From the IMG/VR virus record IMGVR_UViG_3300031992_000005, positions 224,001 to 288,000 of that record: 64,000 bases of DNA; one strand, 5' to 3'. Within the stretch, counting starts at the first letter, position 1, and each line of letters begins with the position of its first letter. The translations under genes and the position numbers were made by a program. Below are positions 40,970-50,276 of the stretch, piece by piece. The notes under the pieces were generated by a model. That model was not told the origin of the DNA and did no database searches. It saw only the letters and a program-made list of their open reading frames with translations. Source of the stretch: a virus.

Positions 40970-43759
40970 ATGAAAAATACTCGTTTTATGGAAGCTATGT
41001 TCTCCAATACTGATGAAGAACTAGCAAAGCAGGTAGATAGTGACATTAAGTCTGCTCAGGCAGGTAATGTTGTTGATACCGATGAAGTGAAATATGAAAG
41101 AACCGGAAATGGCAATGATGTTGCTATTACCGATAAGGCTAATGGTGAAGTAACTATTGCTCAAAAGAGTGCTGACGAAGCTGATACCTATGACCTCATC
41201 GCTGTTCCGGATGAACAACTGGAAAAGTATGTTCACCCGTCTTCTGATGGAGTTACTCCAGGTAATCAGGTTGGTGCTCCAGATGAGTATTTTAAGACTC
41301 ACCTTGATGGACGTTCTGTTATTTCTCCAAATCTTCCAGATGGAGGTTTAAATCCAGACGCCGGACACGAAAGAAGCGTGACCGAAGTAGATGATGAGCA
41401 TCAGGATGCTTGTCCTGCCTGTGGTCAGAGTCCTTGCGAATGTGAAGAAGAGGGTAGAGAGTTTTCAGTAACTTCCGACAATGATGCTTGGCAGAAGATT
41501 TTCTCCATGCCACAAGAATTCGTAGACTATCTCTTCAGTGAAGTTATCGAATCTGAGGAAACTTCTAAGGTAGGTGACCTGAAAGTAGAGAAGTTGGCTG
41601 ATGAAGATAATGCGGTTATCGTTACTAGCGAATCAACTGGTGATCAGGTTAAAGTTAAATTAGAAGGAGACGAAATGGAAGTTACAGAACTTAACAGTAA
41701 GAGTTTTAGCAACGATGAGCAATTCATGCCATTGTTTGTTATAGGCGTTCAGCCTTATGACCATATCATTGTAGATGCACAGGAATATGGTCAGGAAAGT
41801 GCAGAGGAATTAAAGGCACAGCTTGAAGAGGATGGTGTAGAGGCAGTTCAGATTTTTGATAATCAGGATGAAGCTCGTGAATATGCTATTAATCTTCTTA
41901 ATAATCTAGGTGCTAATCCGGCTGCAGGTGATGTAGATGAACCAGAACTACAGAAGGAATATAGTGAAGCAGTAGGTTCTACAGTTTATACTACATCATA
42001 TAGAACAGATGACAGTGTTTTAATGAGTCGTATGTTCTCTGAGGAAGCTCTCGGTGTAGCAGATACTCAGGACACTGTAGAAGACGCAATTAAGTCTGGT
42101 CAAGAGACCGATATGGATGGCGCAATCGTTATTCCAGTAGATGCTACTAATGCAATTATTCAGGATGGTGATGAATTTACTAAGGCTACTTTGAATGGTG
42201 AAGATATGATTCTTGAAAATATCGATCCAGAAGAAGCACAGGCTATTCTAGGCGATTCTGATATAATGGAATATGAGGCATACGATGATGACGAGGATGA
42301 TTACGACGATGAAGAAGAAAGGGATTATTCTGACATTTATACGGATGAGTATGGAACTAAGTTCTTCTCTGAATACGAAGACTTCACCGATTATATGGAA
42401 AGACTCTTCTCTGATGAATCTGACCAAGAGCATATTGAGGATGCTATTGAGAATGGTGAGGAAATCGAGAATGAAACTGAAATCATCACACCAGTTAGCG
42501 CAACCACTGCAGTAGTAGAGGATAAGGAAACTGGTGAGTTTACTAAGGCTGTTCTTGATGACGGTACTATTGATGTTCATCCAATCGATAAGGGTGAAGC
42601 AAATGAGTTAATCAAGGACATCAAGGTAGAGGATGAAGTTGATGACGACGAGGAAGACGAAAAGGAATACTCTGATATTTATACGGATGATACAGAAACT
42701 AGATTCTTCTCTGGAGATGAAGAGTTTACAGACTATATGGAAAGACTCTTTACAGGTGAATCTGATCAAGACGTTATCGAAAGTGCTATCGAAGGCGGTC
42801 AGCAGGTAGAAAATGAAGAAGAAATTATTACTCCTGTCGACAGAAAGACTGCTGTCGTAGAAGATAAGGGTAATGGCGAATTCTCTAAGGTAACTATTCT
42901 CAATGATGATCAAATTAATGTTCATCCAATATCTGAAGATGAAGCTGATGAACTTACTGGTGATCTAGTAGTAGACGATGAAGAGGAAGTTGAACCTGAG
43001 CAGGGTGAATTCTCTGATATTTACACAGATGAAACAGAAACTAGATTCTTCTCTGAATATGAAGACTTCACTGATTACATGGAAAGACTCTTTACTGGTG
43101 AAGCAGATGAGGAACTTATAGAGAATGCTATCGAAGATGGTCAGCAAGTAGAAAATGACGGTGAGGTAATCACCCCAGTTGACTCTAAGACTGCAATAGT
43201 AGAAGATAAGAAAACTGGTGAATTCACTAAGGCAATTCTCAGTGATGATGACATCGACGTAGAACCTATCTCTGAGGAAGAGGCTAATGAGCTCACTGAA
43301 GATCTTAAAGTAGAGAATACTAAGGAAGAAGATGATGAAAGAAAGTTCTCTGAGAACAATGAACTTCTCGCTAGATTCTTTGCAGATGCAGGTATTCAGC
43401 AAGCACAGCCACAACAGGCAGTAGCCGCTCAGCCAGTTGCTGCAGCTCCAGCAGAGCAGGCAGCTGTAGACCCTAATGCAGTTCCAGTAGACCCTAATGC
43501 AGTTCCAGCTGAAGAAGGTGCTCCTGCTCCAACAGTAGAAAACATTGAAGATAAGGCTCTCGCTGCAATTCAGAGCATTAAGGCTGCAGTAGAAGAGGGT
43601 GCTGCTCAGATTATGGAGGCTAAGGCTGCTCCAGCTCCAAATGCAGAACCACAGATTCAGGAAGCTCAGTTCTCTGATTTCGAGTACTATGACGACGATG
43701 ATGATCAAAGAACATTCAGTGAGAATGATACCTTAATCTCTTGGCTAGCTAATAAATAA
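40970..43759 (+). CDS. highly acidic repeat protein, scaffold-like (position equivalent to T4 gp22)
   Basis: 929 aa and extremely D/E-rich. It has three near-identical 114-aa repeats plus diverged flanking copies, and lies immediately upstream of the capsid gene. Confidence 0.6.
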   Translation: MKNTRFMEAMFSNTDEELAKQVDSDIKSAQAGNVVDTDEVKYERTGNGNDVAITDKANGEVTIAQKSADEADTYDLIAVPDEQLEKYVHPSSDGVTPGNQVGAPDEYFKTHLDGRSVISPNLPDGGLNPDAGHERSVTEVDDEHQDACPACGQSPCECEEEGREFSVTSDNDAWQKIFSMPQEFVDYLFSEVIESEETSKVGDLKVEKLADEDNAVIVTSESTGDQVKVKLEGDEMEVTELNSKSFSNDEQFMPLFVIGVQPYDHIIVDAQEYGQESAEELKAQLEEDGVEAVQIFDNQDEAREYAINLLNNLGANPAAGDVDEPELQKEYSEAVGSTVYTTSYRTDDSVLMSRMFSEEALGVADTQDTVEDAIKSGQETDMDGAIVIPVDATNAIIQDGDEFTKATLNGEDMILENIDPEEAQAILGDSDIMEYEAYDDDEDDYDDEEERDYSDIYTDEYGTKFFSEYEDFTDYMERLFSDESDQEHIEDAIENGEEIENETEIITPVSATTAVVEDKETGEFTKAVLDDGTIDVHPIDKGEANELIKDIKVEDEVDDDEEDEKEYSDIYTDDTETRFFSGDEEFTDYMERLFTGESDQDVIESAIEGGQQVENEEEIITPVDRKTAVVEDKGNGEFSKVTILNDDQINVHPISEDEADELTGDLVVDDEEEVEPEQGEFSDIYTDETETRFFSEYEDFTDYMERLFTGEADEELIENAIEDGQQVENDGEVITPVDSKTAIVEDKKTGEFTKAILSDDDIDVEPISEEEANELTEDLKVENTKEEDDERKFSENNELLARFFADAGIQQAQPQQAVAAQPVAAAPAEQAAVDPNAVPVDPNAVPAEEGAPAPTVENIEDKALAAIQSIKAAVEEGAAQIMEAKAAPAPNAEPQIQEAQFSDFEYYDDDDDQRTFSENDTLISWLANK
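42320..43345 (+). repeat. 3 x 342-bp in-frame tandem repeat inside the acidic protein
   Basis: Units start at 42320 (RDYSDIYTDEYGTKFF), 42662 (KEYSDIYTDDTETRFF) and 43004 (GEFSDIYTDETETRFF). A diverged copy precedes at about 41978 and a partial copy follows at 43340 (RKFSENNELLARFF). Confidence 0.85.
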
Positions 43760-43787
43760 TAACTATTAAAATAATTAATATAATAAT

Positions 43788-45239
43788 ATGACTGATTTTT
43801 CGTATCTCATGAGTAATCCTGACATGCAGGTTGCTCTTAGAAATAGTTCAGTATCTGCAGAAGATGCTGCAATTCGTGGTAGAGAATATGCAAAGATGTT
43901 CTCTCGTAATGCGGAGATGTTGGATACTCTCGGTATGGGCCGTAATTCTAACCTCCTTCAGAAGACTTTCTCTGGCTATGCAGAGACTCCACTTCTTAGC
44001 ACTCAGTATTTTAATGCATCTGTTGCTTCTTATGTAAGCTCTTTTGCAGGTTACATGAGTATTGAACGTGACTTCGACCAGCCTAATGGCTTGTTCTATT
44101 GGTTCGATGTTCTTGGTGTAACAGACCTTCGTCCAGTTATTCCTAACCTCGGTCCAGATAACTATCAGGATATTCAGACTATGGGTTACTTCGAGCTTGA
44201 CAATCAGATCGAAGCTAGCGGTAGCTATGCTCCAATCGTTGGTCGTAAGTTGATCCCAGGTACAGTACGAGTTAAGATCGTTAACAATGATGATACTAAG
44301 TCTGAACTCGTAGATGACGGTCAGGGTCACTTCATGGCTGTTCCAGGCGTACTTGATGCTGCAACGGACGCTACAATCAACTATCTCAGTGGTAATATTA
44401 CCTTTAAGCTTGCAAACCCAGCAGTAAAATCTGTTAAGGTCGTAGGTAAGGAAGATGTAACTGGTACTCCTAGTTGCACAACTGGTACTGCAAGTACTCA
44501 TGCAAATGACAAGCGTTTCATCGCTAAGATGCAGCAGCTTGGTCTTAGCACAGTTCCTGATATGCTCGTAGCTGAATATAACATTGCAGCTCTCGGCGCA
44601 CTCAAGAAGGCAACTGGCTCTGATATGGCTACATTCTTGTTCACTAAGCTTCGCGAGATCTATACTAAAACTATCAACTATAAGCTGGTAACTACTCTTG
44701 AGAATGGTTATACCGGTAACACTATTGATGATCTTGATCTTTCTAATGGTCCTACTTCTGGTCTTGCTCAGAATTTCTACGATTATCGTTCTCGTGTAGA
44801 CCTCTTTGACTCTTTCTTGATCAACGTTGAGTCTGCACTCGCTACAAAGGCAGTTAAGGGCGTTAAGACCACTGCTTATGTTGCAGGTAATCGTGCAAGT
44901 AACCAGTTCCAGAAGGGTGGTATCATCGGTAAGTGGGAATCTAACACTAAGATGTCTTATATCAATGACCTCCTTGGCTGGTACAATGGTATTCCAGTAC
45001 TACGGAGTACAGATATTGCAGAGGAAGATGGCGAAGGTACATTCTACGCTATTCACAAGACTGCTGATGGTCAGATGGCTCCACTTGCACGTGGTATCTA
45101 TATGCCTTTGACTGATACTCCAACTATTGGTAACTACAACAACCCTACTCAGATGGCTGCTGGTATCTACTACCAGGAAGGTGTTCGAGTAATGGCTCCT
45201 GAACTTGTTCAGAAGGTTACATTCAAGGTTGGTTTCTAA
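43788..45239 (+). CDS. major capsid protein (T4 gp23-like)
   Basis: 483 aa. C-terminal TQMAAGIYYQEGVRVMAPEL resembles T4 gp23 NEMDAGIYYAPYVALTPL. Codon usage is visibly different and C/T-rich at third positions, which gives shadow ORFs in other frames. A strong terminator follows. Confidence 0.7.
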   Translation: MTDFSYLMSNPDMQVALRNSSVSAEDAAIRGREYAKMFSRNAEMLDTLGMGRNSNLLQKTFSGYAETPLLSTQYFNASVASYVSSFAGYMSIERDFDQPNGLFYWFDVLGVTDLRPVIPNLGPDNYQDIQTMGYFELDNQIEASGSYAPIVGRKLIPGTVRVKIVNNDDTKSELVDDGQGHFMAVPGVLDAATDATINYLSGNITFKLANPAVKSVKVVGKEDVTGTPSCTTGTASTHANDKRFIAKMQQLGLSTVPDMLVAEYNIAALGALKKATGSDMATFLFTKLREIYTKTINYKLVTTLENGYTGNTIDDLDLSNGPTSGLAQNFYDYRSRVDLFDSFLINVESALATKAVKGVKTTAYVAGNRASNQFQKGGIIGKWESNTKMSYINDLLGWYNGIPVLRSTDIAEEDGEGTFYAIHKTADGQMAPLARGIYMPLTDTPTIGNYNNPTQMAAGIYYQEGVRVMAPELVQKVTFKVGF

Positions 45240-45290
45240 TCCTAGGAATTAATTTCCCTTAAGTATTATATAGGATTAATATAATATAAA

Positions 45291-45338
45291 GGAGAGGAAT
45301 TCTTTTGGTTAATGCTGAAAGTTTTCCTCTCCACTTTT
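45291..45338 (+). terminator. rho-independent terminator after the capsid gene
   Basis: ggagaggaa (45291-45299) pairs with ttcctctcc (45324-45332), followed by acttttaatt. Confidence 0.7.
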
Positions 45339-45423
45339 AATTGTAATATATAAATATTAGGTTATATAAGTGTCGAACTTAAATTAATTTAATTTTCTAA
45401 CTATTTAGAATAAATTTTTATTT

Positions 45424-46506
45424 ATGCCTAATGAGATAATATATAAAGGGCTTCGCTTAGTAACTGATTGTAAATATTTTCAAGTAAAAGAGGGAGCTAT
45501 TAATTCTATGATGGAGGACCCAGTTACCTCTACTTTGAAGATTACCTATTCTCCAGGGAATACAGCGAAATCCTTATCAAATTCCTTAGGCATACCAGTA
45601 GTAGGAAAGGGTGATCAACAAATGGAGTCAATGAGTACTCCATCTAGAATTAAGTACACCTATCTTACAATAAATGGACTGAAACTTAAGAAGATATCCT
45701 ATGGATCACATATATTCAATATGATTATCGTGGATGACTGTGAATCTAGGGTAGTTCAAAGTACAGGTTATACTACAATAGTAGTTTCAAAAGATGACTA
45801 TAAAAATCCAGAATTTATAAATTTTTTATTTTATTCTGGGAATCTCTTATATCTTAAGCCTGAGGGACAGAAAATTCAAGGTTACCAGATAAGGAATTTT
45901 CCAAAGATTTTAATAAAGGATTCTAATATAACAGTTGAATCCGAAAATATAAATATATATACTCTTCGGCGAAGATATAACGATTACTTAATAAGGGCAA
46001 TAGATTATCAAGACCAATTCCTATTGGAAATACGTAGAATTTTAGATGATTATGGCATAGAATTAGTTAGAACTAATAAAGAAACGACTCTATCTAAAAC
46101 ATCATATGTTACGTATCAATTAAATCAGACTCCAATAGAATATCAGCACCCGGGACGGAACGATTATATCAGACAGATATTACCTAGAAAATTACCTATA
46201 GAATTTTCATTACATTCGACTGACATGGTTTTATTTCATGATTTTAAAAATAAATTTATAAATGTAAATTTATTAACAAATTTTACAGAATTTAAAACTA
46301 TGGATAATGCAGGAGATAAATGGTCCGCAGCTATTAAGTGGGGGCAAATAACAGAAGATTTTAACCACGTTTATCAGCCGGATGATAATTCTAACTTTGC
46401 CTTACAATGTCAATTTAGGTGTGAATTATACTTCTACGAAGTATTAGATACGAGGCATGAGTTTCTAAAAGACATATTAACTAGAATAGAAGCTACTGAA
46501 AAATAG
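45424..46506 (+). CDS. hypothetical virion-module protein
   Basis: 360-aa ORF. No leader and no motif. Confidence 0.65.
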   Translation: MPNEIIYKGLRLVTDCKYFQVKEGAINSMMEDPVTSTLKITYSPGNTAKSLSNSLGIPVVGKGDQQMESMSTPSRIKYTYLTINGLKLKKISYGSHIFNMIIVDDCESRVVQSTGYTTIVVSKDDYKNPEFINFLFYSGNLLYLKPEGQKIQGYQIRNFPKILIKDSNITVESENINIYTLRRRYNDYLIRAIDYQDQFLLEIRRILDDYGIELVRTNKETTLSKTSYVTYQLNQTPIEYQHPGRNDYIRQILPRKLPIEFSLHSTDMVLFHDFKNKFINVNLLTNFTEFKTMDNAGDKWSAAIKWGQITEDFNHVYQPDDNSNFALQCQFRCELYFYEVLDTRHEFLKDILTRIEATEK

Positions 46507-46518
46507 ATCAAATGGGAT

Positions 46519-46905
46519 ATGATTACATTTAAGAGGAAAACATTTGAAACTGATATGATTCCGGAAGCTATTAAGCACCTAGAGTCTGAAAAGATAGATT
46601 TTAATGTTATTTCCCAAAAAGAAGCGGAAGCCGCTAGCAAAGTGAATGCTAAATCTATGGTTCTCATGTCTTTTGTTAAAACAGAGAAAGGATTTTACCA
46701 GATTACGGTTAAAGATAAGGAGTTTTATAATTACACTAAAAAACTCTTAAGTGATCCTAACTATTGTAGAATGAGAATCGTAGATGAAGACAAAAATAAG
46801 AGAACTGTTACTGTAGAAACAAATCACCTAGGCATAGTCCTAGATGTGATTGAGATCTTAGGTATCAAATACAATTTATCTATAGTAAAGAATGATAAAG
46901 TTTAG
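46519..46905 (+). CDS. leader-bearing protein
   Basis: Leader variant MITFKRKTFE. Confidence 0.6.
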   Translation: MITFKRKTFETDMIPEAIKHLESEKIDFNVISQKEAEAASKVNAKSMVLMSFVKTEKGFYQITVKDKEFYNYTKKLLSDPNYCRMRIVDEDKNKRTVTVETNHLGIVLDVIEILGIKYNLSIVKNDKV

Positions 46906-47575
46906 ACAAAAGATCTTCTCTGAATATGATGCAATGAGAAGTCTTTATGTAGAAATTATGAAACGAACGAAGGGAGATAAAAAGAAATTTCCTGTTATAA
47001 CTACAAGCGAACTACCTGCTATTCTTAGAGGAAATAACGTAGTAGTCGAGCGTTTCGTAATTAGTACGTCCTTTTTTAATAAGGATAAGTATAGAATGTA
47101 TATTAAAATAGGGGCAAAAGCAAAATTACCTGATGAAGTGAGATTGCCTGGAGCATACTATGAAAAGAGGATAGCGAATACCAAGCTTAATCTAAATCCA
47201 GCAATAATGTATCCTAAACCTTTTGATGATCGACAACAAAGTCAACCGAACGGTAATGGTAACGGTAATGGTAACCAAAACAATCCAAGAAGACAAGGCC
47301 AAAGACAAAAGGAACAATCTGATGTTGGACCATTATTAGGAGGATTAGTTCAGAAGGAATTTGGTAAAGATAAAATTTTTCCTTATTTATCTGCTAATGT
47401 AGATCCTTATGTGGATTTATCTTATACAGTTCACAAACTCCTAGGAGAAGCAATTAAGTATGATAAGAAAGCAAGAACGTTGGTCCTTGAATTTGACTCT
47501 ATCTCAGATGCCATAGATGCCCTTAATGTCTTACCATTTGGAATAAATTACAATATTTATCTATTGAATGCATAA
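46892..47575 (+). CDS. leader-bearing protein with NG-repeat linker
   Basis: Leader MIKFRQKIFS. Internal QPNGNGNGNGNQNNPRRQGQRQ. Confidence 0.65.
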   Translation: MIKFRQKIFSEYDAMRSLYVEIMKRTKGDKKKFPVITTSELPAILRGNNVVVERFVISTSFFNKDKYRMYIKIGAKAKLPDEVRLPGAYYEKRIANTKLNLNPAIMYPKPFDDRQQSQPNGNGNGNGNQNNPRRQGQRQKEQSDVGPLLGGLVQKEFGKDKIFPYLSANVDPYVDLSYTVHKLLGEAIKYDKKARTLVLEFDSISDAIDALNVLPFGINYNIYLLNA

Positions 47576-47800
47576 ATGATCTTATTGCGAAATAGAAATT
47601 TCTCTGGAACTAATATATTAAACACTAGTGGTGTTACCGGATTTATTAGGGGAAGAAAGTATGACACTGACTTAGATAGATTAGGTAGGATGAATACATC
47701 TCACAGAGAGATGACTAGAGTAGGTGATTTATCCAGAGAAATGAGAGAAATGTCTTCTGAATTAAATAGGGGACTTAGACAGAAAGATTTAAGAGATTAA
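47576..47800 (+). CDS. leader-bearing small protein
   Basis: Leader MILLRNRNFS. 74 aa. Confidence 0.55.
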   Translation: MILLRNRNFSGTNILNTSGVTGFIRGRKYDTDLDRLGRMNTSHREMTRVGDLSREMREMSSELNRGLRQKDLRD

Positions 47801-47804
47801 TAAT

Positions 47805-48107
47805 ATGGCAACATACAGACTAAAGAGAAAAACCTATGGAATAGCAGAAGCTGCTAGTAATACTCTAGGTGGTGTAGTAGGTGGTACCGGTAAAGCCCTA
47901 GACTCAACTCCTGCTGCAATGGCCGGTGGTTTAGCTGGAGGTCACTTTATTGGTGGAGCAATTACAAGTGGTCTTGCATCTACGGGAGTCCTTGGATCAG
48001 CCCTAGCCGGACCACTGGGATGGATAGTAGGTGCTGGTATTGGTGCAGCTGCTACAAGAGGACTTGGTAAAGGTCTTAAGAATGCTGCTAACGAACTACA
48101 ATCCTGA
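47805..48107 (+). CDS. Gly-zipper small protein with leader variant
   Basis: MATYRLKRKTYG, then GGVVGGTG...AGGLAGGHFIGGAITSGLASTGVLGSALAGPLGWIVGAGIGAAA. Confidence 0.65.
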   Translation: MATYRLKRKTYGIAEAASNTLGGVVGGTGKALDSTPAAMAGGLAGGHFIGGAITSGLASTGVLGSALAGPLGWIVGAGIGAAATRGLGKGLKNAANELQS

Positions 48108-48125
48108 TAAATAATAGGCAACGTA

Positions 48126-49295
48126 ATGATTAAGTTTAGACAAAAAAATTTTGTAATTCCATTGGCTGCAGCTACAATTCCACTTACAGTGGCATCTACG
48201 GCATTACCTATGATACAGGCTAGTAAGCAGGGAAAAGAAGCTAAAGAGCAAGCAGAACAAAATGCTATGCTAATGGAAAAACAAAATGCATTAATTAAAC
48301 AGCAAAACAGACAAATTGAAAAACTAGCTATGAAAAATCCTCGTGCATCTGCAGAATTTGGACGAATAAAACAGGCAACGTATTCAGTTGGATCTACACT
48401 GATGGGAATAGGACGTGCAGGTAAAGCTGCCTTTGGGTCAGGATTAAAAGGCAATATAGTATCCGGTTTAGGCATTGCAGGAACTACATATGCCGCAGGA
48501 AAATATATAAGTCATGACATGAAAAAGCAAGGACTTGATTATGATCAGAATGGAAATCTTGTCTCCGCTACTGCACCTTCTCCAACAACCAAAAGCTATT
48601 CAGATCCAGTCACTAGTGCCACAGGTACCGTTGCAAAAAAATCTTTCAAAAATAGAATACTAGGTGGTTTTGGTAAAGTAGGTTCTGCAGTACTTATGGG
48701 AGGGGGACCGGATCTAATGGGATATCACGCTGATAAAAAAGCATTAAGGGATCAGGTAGCAGCAACACAGAGTATGCAACAATCCCCACAAATGACTACA
48801 TATTCATCCACTTCAGTAAAAATATCTAGGCCAAAGAATAGACCTACGCAAAAAAATTTTGCACTAAATCCTATGGGATTGGTAAAATCTGTCATGCCAA
48901 AAGCTGGTTCTATGAACTTAACTGGATCCATAAGATCTCTGGGGACTAAAATGAGTAACATGAGGACGGATTGGGCTAAAAACTGGAAAACAAAAACTAC
49001 AGGCGGTCTTTCATCTCTTACAAGCTTTGGCTTAGGTGGAACAGAGAGTGTTCAAAAATTTGGGCAAAGCTTAAAAAATGAGGGAGGTTCATTAGCAAAA
49101 GTAGGAAACTGGATAGAAAAACATCCAGCTAGAGCTAATTTAGCTTCGACTGTTCCTCTTGCGGCAGCTGCATCTCTAACATGGGATGGAACAGTCAAGG
49201 CAGGAAATGCTATAGGCAAGAAAGTAGATCCATCCGCTTATAAATATAAAGATGCTAAAGCAAAACTTGAACAGCAACAACTACAACAGTATTAA
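48126..49295 (+). CDS. leader-bearing virion-module protein (389 aa)
   Basis: Leader MIKFRQKNFV. Hydrophobic N-terminal segment, then a coiled-coil QAEQNAMLMEKQNALIKQQNRQIEKL. Confidence 0.7.
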   Translation: MIKFRQKNFVIPLAAATIPLTVASTALPMIQASKQGKEAKEQAEQNAMLMEKQNALIKQQNRQIEKLAMKNPRASAEFGRIKQATYSVGSTLMGIGRAGKAAFGSGLKGNIVSGLGIAGTTYAAGKYISHDMKKQGLDYDQNGNLVSATAPSPTTKSYSDPVTSATGTVAKKSFKNRILGGFGKVGSAVLMGGGPDLMGYHADKKALRDQVAATQSMQQSPQMTTYSSTSVKISRPKNRPTQKNFALNPMGLVKSVMPKAGSMNLTGSIRSLGTKMSNMRTDWAKNWKTKTTGGLSSLTSFGLGGTESVQKFGQSLKNEGGSLAKVGNWIEKHPARANLASTVPLAAAASLTWDGTVKAGNAIGKKVDPSAYKYKDAKAKLEQQQLQQY

Positions 49296-49300
49296 TTATT

Positions 49301-49705
49301 ATGATCTTATTCAGAAAATATTTTACCCAATGGGATGAAACGGACCAGCTTAAGGGGATGAAAGATTCTGATATATTGGCAGAGAAGAAAAGAAGTACGT
49401 CCTCGCTTGGACCTATGGTCGGCTCAGGCTTGGTGGGTGCATCTATTGGAGGTATTACCGGCGCAGTAAGTGGTGCCATTTCTGGCAGAGGTGCACGAAT
49501 CGCTACTGCAGGTAAAGTGGCTAAAAAGGGTGCAATCTTAGGTGCTGGTATAGGGGCTGCTACTGCTTATCTAAGGAATAAGAAAAAAGCAGATGAAAAC
49601 AAATTCTATAATCAGCGACTTGAATATGCTCAACGTCAAGCCTTAAGAAGAGAGCGAAAGGACTGGAAAACTAACATGACCCAGAGAGATGGCTATTCGT
49701 ACTAA
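49301..49705 (+). CDS. leader-bearing Gly-zipper protein
   Basis: Leader variant MILFRKYFTQ, then GSGLVGASIGGITGAVSGAISG and GAILGAGIGAATAYL. Confidence 0.65.
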   Translation: MILFRKYFTQWDETDQLKGMKDSDILAEKKRSTSSLGPMVGSGLVGASIGGITGAVSGAISGRGARIATAGKVAKKGAILGAGIGAATAYLRNKKKADENKFYNQRLEYAQRQALRRERKDWKTNMTQRDGYSY

Positions 49706-49985
49706 AGCAAAATCAGTGTTGAGTTACGTAAATAAGAACCCAGCATTGATATCTATTCCCGCACTAGGAATTGCGGGAACAAACTTAGCAGTAAATGTTA
49801 ATAAACAAAATAAAAATATTGAATTACAGGGACAACAACTTAAAGCAATGAATAACTTAACAAAATCATTGAATAATGTTGATGGAACTATAAAGAAAAG
49901 TATTAATAATACTGGGACAGTAAAACCTGAACAGAAGAGAGATGGAAGTATTTTATCCAATCTTTTTAATAAAAACAAAAGATAG
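49689..49985 (+). CDS. small membrane-segment protein
   Basis: 98 aa with PALISIPALGIAGTNLAV. Confidence 0.5.
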   Translation: MAIRTKAKSVLSYVNKNPALISIPALGIAGTNLAVNVNKQNKNIELQGQQLKAMNNLTKSLNNVDGTIKKSINNTGTVKPEQKRDGSILSNLFNKNKR

Positions 49986-49987
49986 CA

Positions 49988-50230
49988 ATGGAAGAGAATG
50001 AAGTTGAAGTTGTAGTTAATGACTTTCTTTCGTCAGCCGACGATCTATTAAAGAATGAGAACTCTACGTTTGTGACTAGAACTGCACAAAGAGTTGAGCT
50101 CGATTATGAGGTACCTGTAAATAAGGATCTCGTAGGTGAACCTATTCATGCAGGTATTTGGGATGAAACATTGGGTGAGGTAGTATCTTCTGTTTCCAAT
50201 GAAGAAACAGAACCTGAGCCTGGACAGTAA
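49988..50230 (+). CDS. small acidic protein
   Basis: 80-aa ORF in the co-oriented series. Confidence 0.5.
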   Translation: MEENEVEVVVNDFLSSADDLLKNENSTFVTRTAQRVELDYEVPVNKDLVGEPIHAGIWDETLGEVVSSVSNEETEPEPGQ

Positions 50231-50245
50231 ATCCATAAAATAATC

Positions 50246-50275
50246 AGGGAAATTAATTTCCCTTACTGAGATTTT
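50246..50275 (+). terminator. palindromic hairpin followed by a T-run
   Basis: agggaaattaatttccct (50246-50263), followed by tactgagattttt. A related ggaattaatttcc occurs just after the capsid gene stop (about 45245). Confidence 0.45.
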
Positions 50276-50276
50276 T

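Noticed and set aside
42965-43708. 247-aa minus-strand ORF (and 42248-42580, 42608-42925, 43141-43359) opposite the acidic repeat protein
   Set aside because: These are shadow ORFs created by the GA-rich, stop-poor repeats of the + strand gene. Their translations are low-complexity Ser/Leu/Phe strings. Every neighbouring gene is on the + strand.
43848-44501. 217-aa minus-strand ORF plus + strand alternative-frame ORFs 43831-44037 and 44827-45111 inside the capsid gene
   Set aside because: The + frame starting at 43788 has the gp23-like C-terminal block and sensible composition. The others are by-products of the biased codon usage of a highly expressed gene.
47942-48475. 177-aa minus-strand ORF spanning two + strand genes (similar cases at 37718-38044, 34117-34383, 58952-59506, 21356-21748 and 31890-32117)
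   Set aside because: Each runs antisense to Gly/Ala-rich or repeat-rich + strand genes, which lack stops on the opposite strand. It crosses a + strand gene boundary, which a real gene would not be expected to do in this compact layout.
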